Of a stretch of 64,000 bases of DNA, positions 18,001-31,338 are shown one piece after another. Positions within the stretch are counted from its first letter, which is position 1. Each line of letters starts with the position of its first letter. Location of the stretch: NCBI GenBank assembly GCA_051294375.1, contig CM119269.1, positions 2,410,699 to 2,474,698 of the forward strand, in the 5' to 3' direction. Under the pieces are notes generated by a model. The model searched no databases and was not told the DNA's origin. It was given only the letters and a program-made list of their open reading frames with translations. Origin of the DNA: Paraspadella gotoi (Eukaryota; Animalia; Chaetognatha). The translations under genes were made by a program, and so were the position numbers.

Positions 18001-18426
18001 TTTTTTTTTTCAGTGGTCGCACGAAAATTCAAATAAATTTAAAAGCACTTGTTCTTAAAAACATTTTCTAATATAAAACATTTATCGCTCTCCATTTTAA
18101 ATTCCGATTTCAGAATTCACACGTTTCATGGTAGCCACTGTTATGTTGCCGTTTGATTGATGATGCAATGAGAACACGAAAAAGTTCGATTCGAAAAGAC
18201 GAAAAGAGGAGAATCGTAAAAAAAGAAATAAATAGAAAAATAGAAAAAGATGGGAAAGAAAGATTTACTGTAGTAAAAAGAAGCTATTATGTCCTTTGTG
18301 GCAAAGACTAATAACAAATGGACACGACCAAACATTCATGAGTCTTTTCCTCGTTGCCTGGTCGGAGGCAGATCTCCAGTAGAGGGTGGTTGGGGCCTGG
18401 ATATTGTCTACCACCCTCCGATGGGC
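14775..18426 (-). repeat. Block B', inverted duplicate of ~7460-11322 and ~19870-23560
   Basis: gatttattatgctcaaaatgtgaaaattt (~14791) is the reverse complement of ~11278-11306; it ends in ccaccctccgatgggc, the reverse complement of gcccatggagggtggg (7461). Confidence 0.93.
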
Positions 18427-18451
18427 NNNNNNNNNNNNNNNNNNNNNNNNN
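18427..18451. other. Assembly gap of exactly 25 N at a duplication junction
   Basis: Counted 25 N; the sequence right of the gap restarts block A. Confidence 0.95.
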
Positions 18452-18671
18452 TTTTGACGGGGATGATAGACAAACATGTGCTATTTTGTCTGCGACAGAC
18501 GAATAGACTGACATAAAGGAACGAGTCGGGGATTTGAACAAAACCAAAGAACCTCTGGGTTGGAGGAGGCGATGAGGAGAAAGGCCCAGATAGAATTGAG
18601 AAAGAAAGAAAGAAAAGAAAAGAAAGAAAGAAAGAAAGAAAGACAAGAAAGGAGAAGAAGGAAAGAAAGGA

Positions 18672-18703
<32 letters not shown>

Positions 18704-18986
18704 AGAGAATAAAAAGAGGAAAAGGAAATCCGTGGAGGTAGGAGGGCAAAGAGGAGAAAAAGGAATAGGGAGAGAACTAGAAAAGAAGGTAGAAAGAAGG
18801 AGACGAGGTGAGAGAACAAAAATGAGAGAAGGAGAACGAGATGCAAAATGCTTTGTTCTTCACGCCAGGGATTTCCATCACCTGTCGAAGAAGGAGGACC
18901 TTTCACCTTTTTTAATCCGTTAGTAAATTTCCTTCTCAGCTTGTTGCCCCGTTTTGTCTCTCTCCTCTCTCTCTCTCTTCTTCTCT

Positions 18987-19034
<48 letters not shown>

Positions 19035-19289
19035 CGTATCGGAGAATGATCACTCCATGTCTACACATCGGTCATTTTCACGCCCACAATTCCTTATTCT
19101 TCATCTTCTTTTATTCTTCATCTTCCTCTTATTCTCATCTCTCTTAACCCTTCTATTTCTACGTTCCGATCTCCGTCCCCTTCTCCCACGGTCTTGGCAA
19201 ACCACCCAGTGAAGCAATCAACACGTATGGCCCGTTATCGTAGGCAATCCAACGGAGTGATCCAACCCACGCGCCTTTCGAATCATTTT

Positions 19290-19339
<50 letters not shown>

Positions 19340-19755
19340 TTCTCTCTCTCTCTCCTCTCTCTCTCTCCTCTCTCTCTCTTCTTTCTCTTGTAAAGAGAAA
19401 AGAAATTGGAGATGTTATTGTTTTAAATTATATTTTTGTTTTCATTCATTTATTTATGTAAAAACTATATTTCAAGTAACTGATTAAGCACGATGCAAAT
19501 GTAAATGTTGGATTTATTTACCTTCGTCCCTTTAATAAAGGCTTAATAAAGCCGTTATGACGAAGAGAGTCTATTCTAACCACAGCAACATTAAATTTTC
19601 GAAGTTGCGTTAATTTCACAACCACAACTAATCGAATGGCGACGTTTATCCAAAGAGAGAGGCAGCACCTCCCACGTCACTCAGACTCAGGATCCCATTT
19701 CGTCAAACTGACCAAATTTTATTGCCACTCTAACGCCGGCTCGGCCCAATCATTT

Positions 19756-19791
<36 letters not shown>

Positions 19792-19799
19792 CTCGCTCT

Positions 19800-19842
<43 letters not shown>

Positions 19843-22800
19843 AGACGGGAAATGGCTCCCACGCCCAAGGCCCATGGAGGGTGGGAGACAATATCCAGGC
19901 CCCAACCACCCTCTACTGGAGATCTGCCTCCGACCAGGCAACGAGGAAAGAGACTCATGAATGTTTGGTCGTGTCCATTTGTTATTAGTCTTTGCCACAA
20001 AGGACATAATAGCTTCTTTTTACTACAGTAAATCTTTCTTTCCCATCTTTTTCTATTTTTCTATTTTATTTCTTTTTTTACGATTCTCCTCTTTTCGTCT
20101 TTTCGAATCGAACTTTTTCGTGTTCTCATTGCATCATCAATCAAACGGCAACATAACCAGTGGCTACCATGAAACGTGTGAATTCTGAAATCGGAATTTA
20201 AAATGGAGAGCGATAAATGTTTTATTATTGAAATGTTTTTAAGACAAGTGCTTTAAATTTATTTGAATTTTCGTGCGACCACTTGAAAAAAAAAAAGATT
20301 CCTTCCTATAAAAGTTTAGTATAATATTATACTATTTTCTTGATCTTTTATTTCGTCCGTATTCGACGTATTCGTTTGTTTTTATCACCGTCGTTTCCTT
20401 TGCTAGCGGCGTCGACAATTGTCGGTGGGCGTCGCTTCATTAGTCACTACCATGTGGAACACCGAATACGGGATTTTATTTAATGTATTTTCTCTTCAAA
20501 AGCCATCCTGGCGTTGATTAAATACGCAGTGTGCCATTCAATCCAGTCCGAAATGGGGACGACCTAGGGACGCCTTAGTTTCCGCGAACTCTCGAGTCCG
20601 AGTCAGCACGTCCAAGAGACGGACGCAGGAACCGGTGTCCTTCGCACGTGCTTGGACAACTCGACCTCCTGAACGAACCCAACGACGCATTTGGGGAATC
20701 GAGAGGGAAGGTGGGTTGAAGATGGTCTGAAGGGGGCCGAGGAGAAGTTGGACCCTTGGAGGGGTTAGAATTAGATGCAGGTTGGCGAGAGGTTTGGGGC
20801 AAGTGTCGTTTCTCTTGTCTTCTGACACTTTTTGTTCAAACGAAGTAGAGGCGAAGAGATGGAAGAGAGATAGAAGAGATAGAAGAGATAGAAGAGAGAT
20901 AGAAGAGAGAAGATTGAAAATTGACTTTCTCTTTCTTTTTCATTGAAGTTTGTTTGTTGTTCATCTTGTTTTTCCTTCTTTATATCAATATATTTTTTAT
21001 CTTCTTTCAATTTATGTAATATTATTTTTCTTATTTTGTATTTTTTGCCATTTTTTATTGCTGATTGCTGATTGCAGATTGCTGATTGCGGCGTCGCAAC
21101 GGCGAGGGTCAGCCGGGGCAGCAGTGGCGCTGGAGCGGTCACTATGGCGACGCGACCGCGCCGTGTCGCCGTCCGATTGAGTCGATTTACAAATGAATGC
21201 GAGGCGCCCGTTTTTTTTCTTTTTGAGAAGGGAAGAGGATAAAGGAGCCGAGATTAAAAAGCTGAGGAGAACTGGATCCAATGTTTAAAAAATGAGGAAA
21301 GCGAAAACCAAAAAAATAAAAAAAGATTAAAATAAGAAGATTAAAACTTAAGAAAAAAAGTAGAAACATTTGATTAAAAAGTCGAGAAAAGCAAAGGTGG
21401 CGATGAACGAAAAAGGATTAAAACATTAAATATAAAAAGTGAAAGCTCTAAACAGAGTTTAAACGAAGTTTAAAAGATTTTTTTTTTCTGAAATAAAAGA
21501 GACAATTTGACAGAATAGACAATAAGGAGATTAAATACGATTTGAAACAATACTGGTAGACGAGAAAACTCGATTTAAAAAAGATTCAACATTTTTCTTA
21601 TAGAGATTTCCGTTCAAAATCTGACTACCAAATTGCAAAACGCGATTGCCAAATCTCCGGGTAGAAATCAGTTGTAAAAAACGCAGGATTCCGATAGCGG
21701 TTACATCTTGAAAGCGTTGTCCTATTCGTTTTTTTCACATTTGATGAAGGATTTGATATCAACAAGCCAGGGAAATGCACTCCTCATAGTCAGAGAATAT
21801 TTACAAACCTCTATTTTACTATAAGAATGAAAGGGAAAGTTTACAACTGAAAATTGCAAACGGGATCTGCTATATTGTTCTGTTACATGAGGAGGACTTC
21901 GAATTTCGCGATTCCGATAGCTTTGTGTCTGAATAGCTTGTCCTATTCTTTCTTTTTCCATTTTATAATTGATTTTGACATAAAATGATCAGGTTTAAAT
22001 GAAATAGTCCTGGTTGAATCGCGAAATTTTTATTTAAAAGAGATTAAAAAGGAAGGTTGAGAAAAAAACTGATTTTTCCTAATATCTTTTGAAGGAATAA
22101 AGATAAAGGGATGGCAATAGTACCAAAATGAAGCCATAATCATAGGGCACATTACAAGATCAATTTAGAATTACTTATACTGAAACCTCCTTACAGGGTA
22201 AGTGTCAAACTAAGTCAAAATTGATAATGAATTTAAAACTAATGACACCCATAAGAATAAATGAAAATTAAATTATTTTTAATGATTCTGAAGAGAAAAG
22301 GCTAAATTGTCACATAGTAAAACTTTAAAGTTTTTGATAAAGAAAATGTGAATTTTTGTCACTTAAATATTGCTTGTCTGATTTACAAGCATAGCTTACA
22401 AAATTCTAGACAAAAAATTATTTACCCGATCACAAGGGGCCAGCTAAGTAATTATCTTCTTTACCAGCAAAAGTAAAACATTATCTTATTGAAGGAACAG
22501 GGATGTTTACTGAAAGGAGCTGGAAGACATTCAACTTCTTCACTTTGATGTTATTTTTCAATAATAATATAGCGATTTTTTTAATTATTTAACTCTCACG
22601 GGCTTCATAAAGATATTACATTTCATAATATCCCAATGTTAATGATTTATATATTTTTACCAGAAATCATAAAAAACAGAAGTTGTGGATCCTCCTTCGC
22701 TCGTTTAAGAAAAAAAAATTGACTAGCGGAATTATAAGTTGTAAGAGGAAGTCAGAATCGGCGAGAATCTTAAAAGCGAGAATGTTGAAAAAAGGGAGAG

Positions 22801-23244
22801 GAATTTTGGTTGTTTTTGGTCGATTTCTTCTAAACCCATGGGCCAATTTAAACGTAACTTAAGATTTACATTATTCCAGTCATTCTCTCCTCTTCCAAAA
22901 ATATAAAAATATTATGAAAAAAGGTTCGGGATCGACTATAGGAATTTGGTTTTACAATATGACATTTAAACAATAAATGAGTATTGAGCAAGACTAATTG
23001 CACTAATGGCACTAAAAGATGGGGAAAAAAAAGTAAAAAAAATTTTTTATGATTTTCGACGGGACAGCAAATGATCCAACAGCTAAAAAAAGGCCAAGGT
23101 TGTTACAGAACTCGGATGTCAAGATTGAAAAAGTTCAGTTGCGAAAGGAAATGATTTCATCTCATCTCCCATTTTTTTTAACATTCTATTCATTTATATC
23201 GCGCCGATTAAGGGAAGGGCGGCAAGGTCGTTCATATGTATCAA

Positions 23245-23370
<126 letters not shown>

Positions 23371-23566
23371 AGAGAGTGTGGAACGTTAAAAAAGGAACGG
23401 GATCTATGTGTAAACACTGAAATTGTAAATTATGTATATATATATGCTATCTTTAAAATGTGTACATACATATATATGTACAGCTCATAACAATTGCATT
23501 GTTACTGTGTTAAATTTTCACATTTTGAGCATAATAAATCAAATCAAATCAAATCAATCTGTCTCT

Positions 23567-23637
<71 letters not shown>

Positions 23638-23896
23638 CGGTCCCGTTACGCTCGTACAATGTCTCGACTGCGCGGGACAGATAAACGTGAATGAAGGAGA
23701 AAAAAAACTTTTCTTCTTTGTGAATCCGTTAAAAAAAAAAAAGAAAGAGAGAGAGAGAGAAACGCTTCGACTTGATTTGCAAGTGAAATCCGGACAGATT
23801 GGTGCAAAGAAGCAAAGAAGGAATAGGGAAGAAAGAATATATTTGGCTCCATACTCTCTCTTAGTCTTACGCTTTCTTTCTTTCTTTATTTTTTTT

Positions 23897-23901
23897 TATT
23901 T

Positions 23902-24000
<99 letters not shown>

Positions 24001-24010
24001 TATTTATTTA
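23897..24010. repeat. (TTTA)n microsatellite
   Basis: Direct reading; inverted copy at ~14295-14420. Confidence 0.95.
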
Positions 24011-24811
24011 TTTCTTTTTTTCTTTCTATAACGTAAAAAATGAAAGGATATTAAAACAAAGATACAAAACTTATGTATTTAAACATATATCCTCAAATGA
24101 CTTATTGGAATGAAACATCGTCTTATTTCATTTTCTTTTTCATTTATTTTCCAGACCTTTCCTCCTTTTATCCCCTTGCTCCTTTATTTCTCCCCCCGTC
24201 TGCCCTTCTTTCTCTTTCCCTCACCGAGATGTCCTCTCTGCCTCGTTAACCATTTTTCTTTCTTTTCCTTCGCAATTCTTTTTCTTCTTTTTTTTCATTT
24301 ACTGATGTGTTTGCATACCTATTGTCCAACAGCTTTGATACGATTTCTTGAATCTTGCTCGATGCCAATGAGTTAACTTTGAAAATCGTTGGCGTTGTTA
24401 GAAGGAGCTAACATGGAGCTCTTGAATGACTACAACTTTGCACAGCCCCGCGCGAAAGATTTTATTTATATCAAAGTCTTACAGAACTTTCATACTGACA
24501 TGGAGAACTATTTAAATAAATTTAAATAACTCGCAAAACCGGCTCAATATATTGGGCATTGCTCCGGGTTTCGAAAAAAATTCAATTGTTAAAATTTAGA
24601 ATAATTTAAATTTAAATAATTCTAATATCAGCTGAAAAGACTATCTCACGGGTTCGACAGACACTGCACACTGTGCACAGTGCCTCTGATCCAGTTGACA
24701 CACAGTGGTTACTGGTTAAGAGAAAGCTCCGCGTCACAGGAAATTCTTTCTTTCTCGAATTCGATTTTTTCGGTCAGAGTTTCGGCGACGGTTGATCTTT
24801 TTTCGATACAG

Positions 24812-25124
24812 AAGGGGAGACGACGTCGTCGTCGTCGTCGTCGTCATCGTCGACGGAAGCGAAGACGTCGCCGACTACATCGGGAGTGGCGAGGACAACT
24901 TCGACACCCGGCGCCGCGAAAACGACAGCTTCGTCGACCTCGCCGGCGACGGGGTCTTCGACGACTAAGACGACGACGACGACGATGAAAGGATGGTCGA
25001 GTACGAAACCCTTGTCAATGGCAGAAGCTCAGCCTCCAAAATCGACGACGATGGCAACGACGATGGCAACGGAGATGGCAACGAATAAATCGACGGAATG
25101 GATTTTCGTGGAAAACGCGTCGAT
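24812..25124 (+). CDS. Candidate Ser/Thr-rich (mucin-like) exon, possibly part of the GPCR N-terminus
   Basis: tttttcgatacag acceptor and AT|gtaagg donor; open frame EGETTSSSSSSSSSTEAKTSPTTSGVARTTSTPG..TTMATEMATNKSTEWIFVENAS with NKS and NAS sequons; linkage to the GPCR is inference. Confidence 0.5.
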
Positions 25125-25418
25125 GTAAGGAAGGGAAGGGAACGGGTTGGGGACTGGGGACTGGGGAGTGGGGACCGGGGTGATGAGAGCGCTGGTGGGC
25201 GAGGGAGTTCGGGGATCGCGGCGAAAAAAAAAACAACCGGGGGATTTATATTCTGTTTAATTCGTTTAAATGTTTTTAAGACACATTCATGGATCAAGGA
25301 TCAAAGGAAGTGAAGAGGAAAAGTTGAGAGGTCGTGCTGAAGAGACAAGTGTGCGTGAAATTCGGAAGAATATTGGGATGACAGAAGAAGAAGAAAGGAA
25401 GGAAAGGAGGAAACCATT

Positions 25419-25735
25419 GAAAATTGGGATTATTTAAAATGAAGATGAAAATTGGTATGATTTAAAATGAAGATGAAAATTGGGATGATTTAAAATGAAG
25501 ATGAAAATTTGGATGATTTAAAATGAAGATGAAAATTGGGATGATTTAAAATGAAGATGAAAATTGGGATGATTTAAAATGAAGACGAAAATTGGGATGA
25601 TTTAAAATGAAGATGAAAATTGGGATGATTTAAAATGAAGATGAAAGTTGGGATGATTAAAAATGAAGATGAAAATTGGGATGATTTAAAATGAAGATGA
25701 AAATTGGGATAATTAAAAATGAAGATGGAAATTAT
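25419..25735 (+). repeat. 28-bp minisatellite, ~11 copies
   Basis: Unit aaaattgggatgatttaaaatgaagatg. Confidence 0.95.
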
Positions 25736-26678
25736 AAAATTCAGCTCCTTGTATTTCGATCTAATACTTAAGGGACTGGTCTTTTCATAAAAATGAAACA
25801 TTCTTTGAAATATTATACCACTTCCTTGATAGGGAAGCCAGGTACTCCGGGAGTGAATAAACGAGACTGTGAGAGAGTCTTGATTGAAAGCATGCGGGGA
25901 CCTGCTATTTCATTATCTTGTATCTTCATTATCTTAAACCACCAAAGCCTGTCCAAAGTCAGGGGCAAGATAGCTTATTTATTAAACGAATGGCTAATTT
26001 TTATATTGGTTGTACCAATTTCATGGTAAAGAATAAATTTCGAATGGGTCTAAAATGTGCAAGTTAAAGAGAAATTCTTACATCCATAAAATAAAATGAA
26101 GAATGAACCGAAACTGACAAAGAATCTATTGTAGACTAAGAAAAAAAAAATTAAGAAAGAAAAAATAAACGTCATAAGTGGACGACAAAAATAGGTATAG
26201 AAAGGAAAAAGGAAAAAAAAATGAGAGGAGGGGAAAAAGTTGAAGAGGTCGTCGTATTTATAGCTCGTTCCTGAGTCGGTCTGTCAGTGTTGAGAGGCGG
26301 TCTGTCGGTCTGTCGGTCGGTCGGTCGCTGCCGAGACGAGTGGAACATATCTTTTTTCGTCGCCAACGACCGAGGATTTCAAGTCTCGGGTTCCAACTTT
26401 CTTGCGAAGAAAGAAAAAGAGATTTAAATGGGAGATACTTGAAAAGTAAAGAAAAGGAAAGGAAAGGTAAAATAGGAAAGAGGAAAGAATGAGCGGTCGT
26501 AGGTTGTAACCGATACGGAAATCGCGATCTCTCTCCGGGCTCCAACCCCCCTTGCATCAAAAGAACAAGGAGGGTTGGATATTCATGACATCAAATATGC
26601 AATGTCCTCTCGGCACCGCTACTTTCTCTATTTATTTATGCATAACAAATTTCCCCGAAAATACTCTTTCGTCCTCAG

Positions 26679-26767
26679 TGGCGTAGGAATCGACGACGAC
26701 GACGACGACGACGACGAAATCGTCTCGCCAACGACTCAACTCGACTTTTTAACCAATTTTTCCGCAG
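26679..26767 (+). CDS. Candidate small N-terminal exon of the GPCR
   Basis: ctctttcgtcctcag acceptor and ccgcag|gtaaat donor; reading like GVESTTTTTTTTKSSRQRLNST..NFSA needs indel correction, and the two assembly copies (here and ~11573-11657 inverted) disagree by several 1-nt indels. Confidence 0.4.
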
Positions 26768-26934
26768 GTAAATACAAAGCTTGTTTTTGTTTGTTTACCC
26801 TCGTTTGTTTGTTTGTTTTTTCGACTTTTTTTTTTTTTTTTCGAATCGTTTAGAAATCGAAGGACGGGTTCGCGCGTCGCGAGGGGGAAACGACTTTGAC
26901 GTCAAATGGCGCGAAAAAAACGACTAAGAGAGAG

Positions 26935-26994
<60 letters not shown>

Positions 26995-27062
26995 AGCGAT
27001 CGAGTGCGATAGAGTCAACTTCTCAAATAAAAAAGTCTCGAATATTTTTTTTTTTCGCTCAG

Positions 27063-27137
27063 AATCGAATTCGACGAATTCAACCGAAGTCTCGGAGGAA
27101 ATGGGTTACACTCCGGTTCAACGGGGTCTTATTATAG
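27063..27137 (+). CDS. HRH3-like: GPCR exon: glycosylated N-terminus and start of TM1
   Basis: tttttcgctcag acceptor; ESNSTNSTEVSEEMGYTPVQRGLII; G|gtgag donor, phase 1, matching the next exon; ATG at 27101 is an alternative start. Confidence 0.75.
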   Translation, partial: NRIRRIQPKSRRKWVTLRFNGVLL

Positions 27138-28802
27138 GTGAGGAAGTGAACTGTAAACATTTTCATTTAATTTAGATCATGTAAACAAATAGTTGACGGG
27201 ACAGGCCCTGCTCGTATAGTGTATTATATATTATATATTGTATAATGTATACAAATACAATTGTTTTCTTGACTCAATTCGTAAAATTGAATAAATATTT
27301 TTTTTCTTGTAATAAAATGAAGTTTTACTAATTAAAATAACTATTGTTAGACGACATCGTCAAACTTTTTTCTCTACCTTTTTTTACTTTAACCTTCAGT
27401 GGCGATGGTTGTCCTCTCACTCGTCACGTCCGGAGGCAATCTCTTGGTCATCATCGCCTTCACGAGAGACAAACGATGTCAGACTTACTCCAACTTTTTC
27501 ATCTTCAACCTTTCCATCGGTGAGAGACGCCGGGGATGAGAGAGATGAGAGACGAGATGAGATGAGAGAGATGAGAGACGAGATGAGATATGAGATGAGA
27601 GATGAGAGACGAGATGAGATGAGAGAGATGAGAGATGCCGGGGATGACGAAGCTCCGGGAAATGTTTAAAAGGAAAGACGGAGGAAAAAAGACTGACTGA
27701 AAAGAAGGAACTTGGGGTTAAAAATGATGTATATATGTATTTGCTAAATGTTGGACTACTATGAAGATCTTAGGCTTAGGCTTTGTTGGGAATTTTAAGC
27801 TTGAGGCTGAAGGTATCGGCGGCACTTATGCCGGCCTTAAAAGTCGTTAAACGAGGGGCAGACTGTACCCTTCCCAAGGTTCCTTTTTAAAAAGGAGAGT
27901 GACACGCCCGTCGTCGTCGTTGTCGTTGTTATCGTCATCGTTTTTCGGTTGTTGTTTTTTGTCGTCGTCGTCCTTTTCGCTTTTAAAACAACGACTACAG
28001 TTCGAACCGTCTTTATCTATTTCCAGCCGACTTCATCTGCGGGACGATCGCGATCCCACTGTATTGCCCATCGCTCCTCGCGGAGACTTGGGTCTTGGGT
28101 CGCGAGGCCTGCATGTTCTGGCTCATCGTCGACTACATCATCGGGTCTGTTTCGGGTGAGTCTCTGCAAGGGTAAGGGATGGGAGGAGCGGATGGCGAAA
28201 GATGGTTGATTATTAATGATTATTAATCAATTAATTAATTAATCATTGATTATTTTAACCGAGGAGGAGATTAGTAGAGAAGAGAAGAAAAGAGGAGAGA
28301 AGAAGATTGAATAATAAAAGAAAAAGAGAGGAAAGAAAGAAGAGAAGTGGCGAGGAAGAGAGGAAAGAAAAGGAGAGCCTAGAATCTGGCTGAGAAAAGA
28401 ACAATAAAAGTCGAGTCAACCAATTCAAGCCGAATTTGGAAAATCTCATCGACGCCTTTCGATTCAATTTCATCCCTCGACGCGCGTCCGACGCCTCAGT
28501 CTCCACTCCTCCTTTTATCAAACCCTAAGCTCTTTTCAAGTTGCCAAAAGCCCTCGAGGTTTTATATCTTAAGACGCGCCCCGCCGCCTCCGCCGCCTCC
28601 GCCGCCTCCGCAGCCTCCGGCCACCCCCCCGCCGCCACAATCTCAAACCCGGCACGACGGCACACCATTGCAATGATTGCAACGATGCCGAACTTGCGGC
28701 CGACCGAAACGGCGCTGACGGCACGGAAGGCGTTGAGAACATCACCGGACGTTGAACCCTCGCTGCCTCTTTTCTTTTCTTTTCTTTCTTTCTTTCTTTT
28801 CT

Positions 28803-28901
<99 letters not shown>

Positions 28902-29784
28902 CTCACTCACTCACTCACTCACTCACTCGCCCAACTCTTAGCTTTTCGTCCGCGACCTAAAGTTTTATGTACAAGTGAGGGGATCTTGAAAGCGGGAGGC
29001 GGTGGGCGTGAATTAAGTAGCGATAGGTTCTTGTCGGAAGGAGAACGAGGTCGAACCAAACCTCGTCCGCGTTGGGGTTCGTGACCCGGAGCATCGTGAA
29101 CCTTCGGGAACCTTCGCGAACCTTCGAGAACCCGGCCGACGCCGAGAAAATGATAGATTCCATCGCGAAAAGTGAAAGTAGAGGCTGGAGTCAACGACCG
29201 GAGGTTTTTTTTTGTTGTTTTTTTTTTGGGGGGGGGGGAGAAATCCAAGTTGTTTCTGTAGCAAAAATGTTGTGTACTTTATCATTACTGTGTACATTGT
29301 AGATAGTACAACGCACATTGTACCTTGTACGTCATTCGCTATTCAGTTCAAATGAGAAGGCCAGGAATAAAGTGGTTTCTGTTTCAGTGCCAGACTGCCA
29401 CGGTTTGAAGGTTTCTGAAAAAAGGTTTCCGCAAGGCTACGACGGCAGCAAAGATTTAGAATTCTGCAAGGCGCTAGAGAAAGGTTCTTTTTAAAACAAA
29501 CTTTGTCACGCTGGTGTAACACCCGAGTTTAAAGAAAATGTAGCTTTCGTAAAAAGAAACAACGGTTTACATTGGTGTTTTCGGAAAGCGACAATGAGGT
29601 CGAATTCCCGCGCAAAGTCGAATAAAGAAGGCAACAAAAGGAAATGGGGAGAAACCGAAACTTGGCTCCGGACGAGGACCGCAAAAGTTATATTGCTTGG
29701 CCCCGTCGTATTTTTAAATGGTTGGGAATTCAGCTGAGGCAAAGATGGGGTGAGGAGCGATTAGGAGAGGGAGAGGGAGAGAGA

Positions 29785-29858
<74 letters not shown>

Positions 29859-30263
29859 AGAGTGAGGAATGCAATCGGAGAAGTTACGCCTGAGCGCCCT
29901 TGACTGTCCTGAAAATCAAGAGAAATTCTCTCTCTAGCTTTTTCTCTCACTAACCCTTTTCCTCTCTCTCTCCCTCTCCATCCCTCTCTGTCTCCCTCTT
30001 CATCCCTCTCTGTCTCCCTCTTCATCCCTCTCTGTCTCTCTCTCCATCTCTCTATCCCTTCTCTGTCTACTTTTTTTGGCTTTCCTCGAACTTGTTTGCC
30101 TTCTTTTTATTTTGTGTTTTGTTCTTCTTTTTTTTCGTTCGCTCTTTAATCCATCTCTCTTTTTTATATCATTTTGTTTTGTTACTTTGAGTTTGTCTCT
30201 TTCTTGCTTTTTTTTGGGTTATTTTTCCCTTTTTTGTTGTCCGTCTCTTTGTTATTCCTCTTT

Positions 30264-30356
<93 letters not shown>

Positions 30357-31270
30357 ATTTTGAGATCTTACGACTTTCCCGACTTTTCAATGACGTTCGC
30401 CCCTCGACAACGAAAGCCAAGGACGTCGCTTTGCCATGACGCAGAGGGCGCGCGAAGGGCGACAGAGGGCGCGAGAAGAAGATGGAAGAGAAGGCGGTGT
30501 TTTCATCAAATCTGGCGGATGCACACTTTATCGCCTGTGCAGGTGCAGCGTCACTGAAATCCACCTGACTCCAACTCATCAACGGGATTCATTAAACATT
30601 CAGACGAAGTGACGAAGAAGCTCCTTGGAGAAATGATATAAGAGAAGATAAAGAAATGATAAAGAGAAAAAATAAATCATAGAAGAGATGAGGATAGGAA
30701 TCGTCGATGTTTGAAATTCAAAACGACAAAATTGTTTTTCTCTTCCGTTGAAGAAGAGAAAAAAATCCATTTTTTTTTGTCGGATGAGGACCATCGAGTC
30801 GATGAATTCAGAGTCGGTCGACTTTGAAGACCACGAAAGAGAGAGAGAGAGAGATGAGAGAGAGAGGAGGAGAGAGAGAGAGAGAGAGAGAGAAAGACCC
30901 TCCGATTGGGCATCTCACCATGAATCTCCAAGACTCCGCCCCGCAATCTCGACCCCGCTTCCTGCCGCCGCCGCCCGCCGCGCCAATGGCTCCAAAGACG
31001 CCCAACTCTTCCAGAAGGTTTTTTTCCCTCCTTCCGTCCGTTCGAAGGCCGAAGAGAGAAGAGGAAAAAAATCTCATTAGTCAAGGAGAAAATCATGGCT
31101 GGAGGAGTTTGGGGGGGTGGTGGGTGGAGGTGGTGGAGGGGATGTCTCAGGAGACGGCCGCGTGGGGGAGGTGGTTGACGCGTGAAAATGGTGGGTTTAG
31201 CTGAGGAATCGGAGTGGAAAAATGGATGAGGAACGTGGGTGGTGTGGTCAAACGAAAGACGCGGTAAAGT

Positions 31271-31338
<68 letters not shown>

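Noticed and set aside
24850-25124. Alternative Asp-rich frame DGSEDVADYIGSGEDNFD, resembling a proteoglycan attachment site
   Set aside because: Two in-frame TAA stops are present in both assembly copies; the Ser/Thr frame is open.
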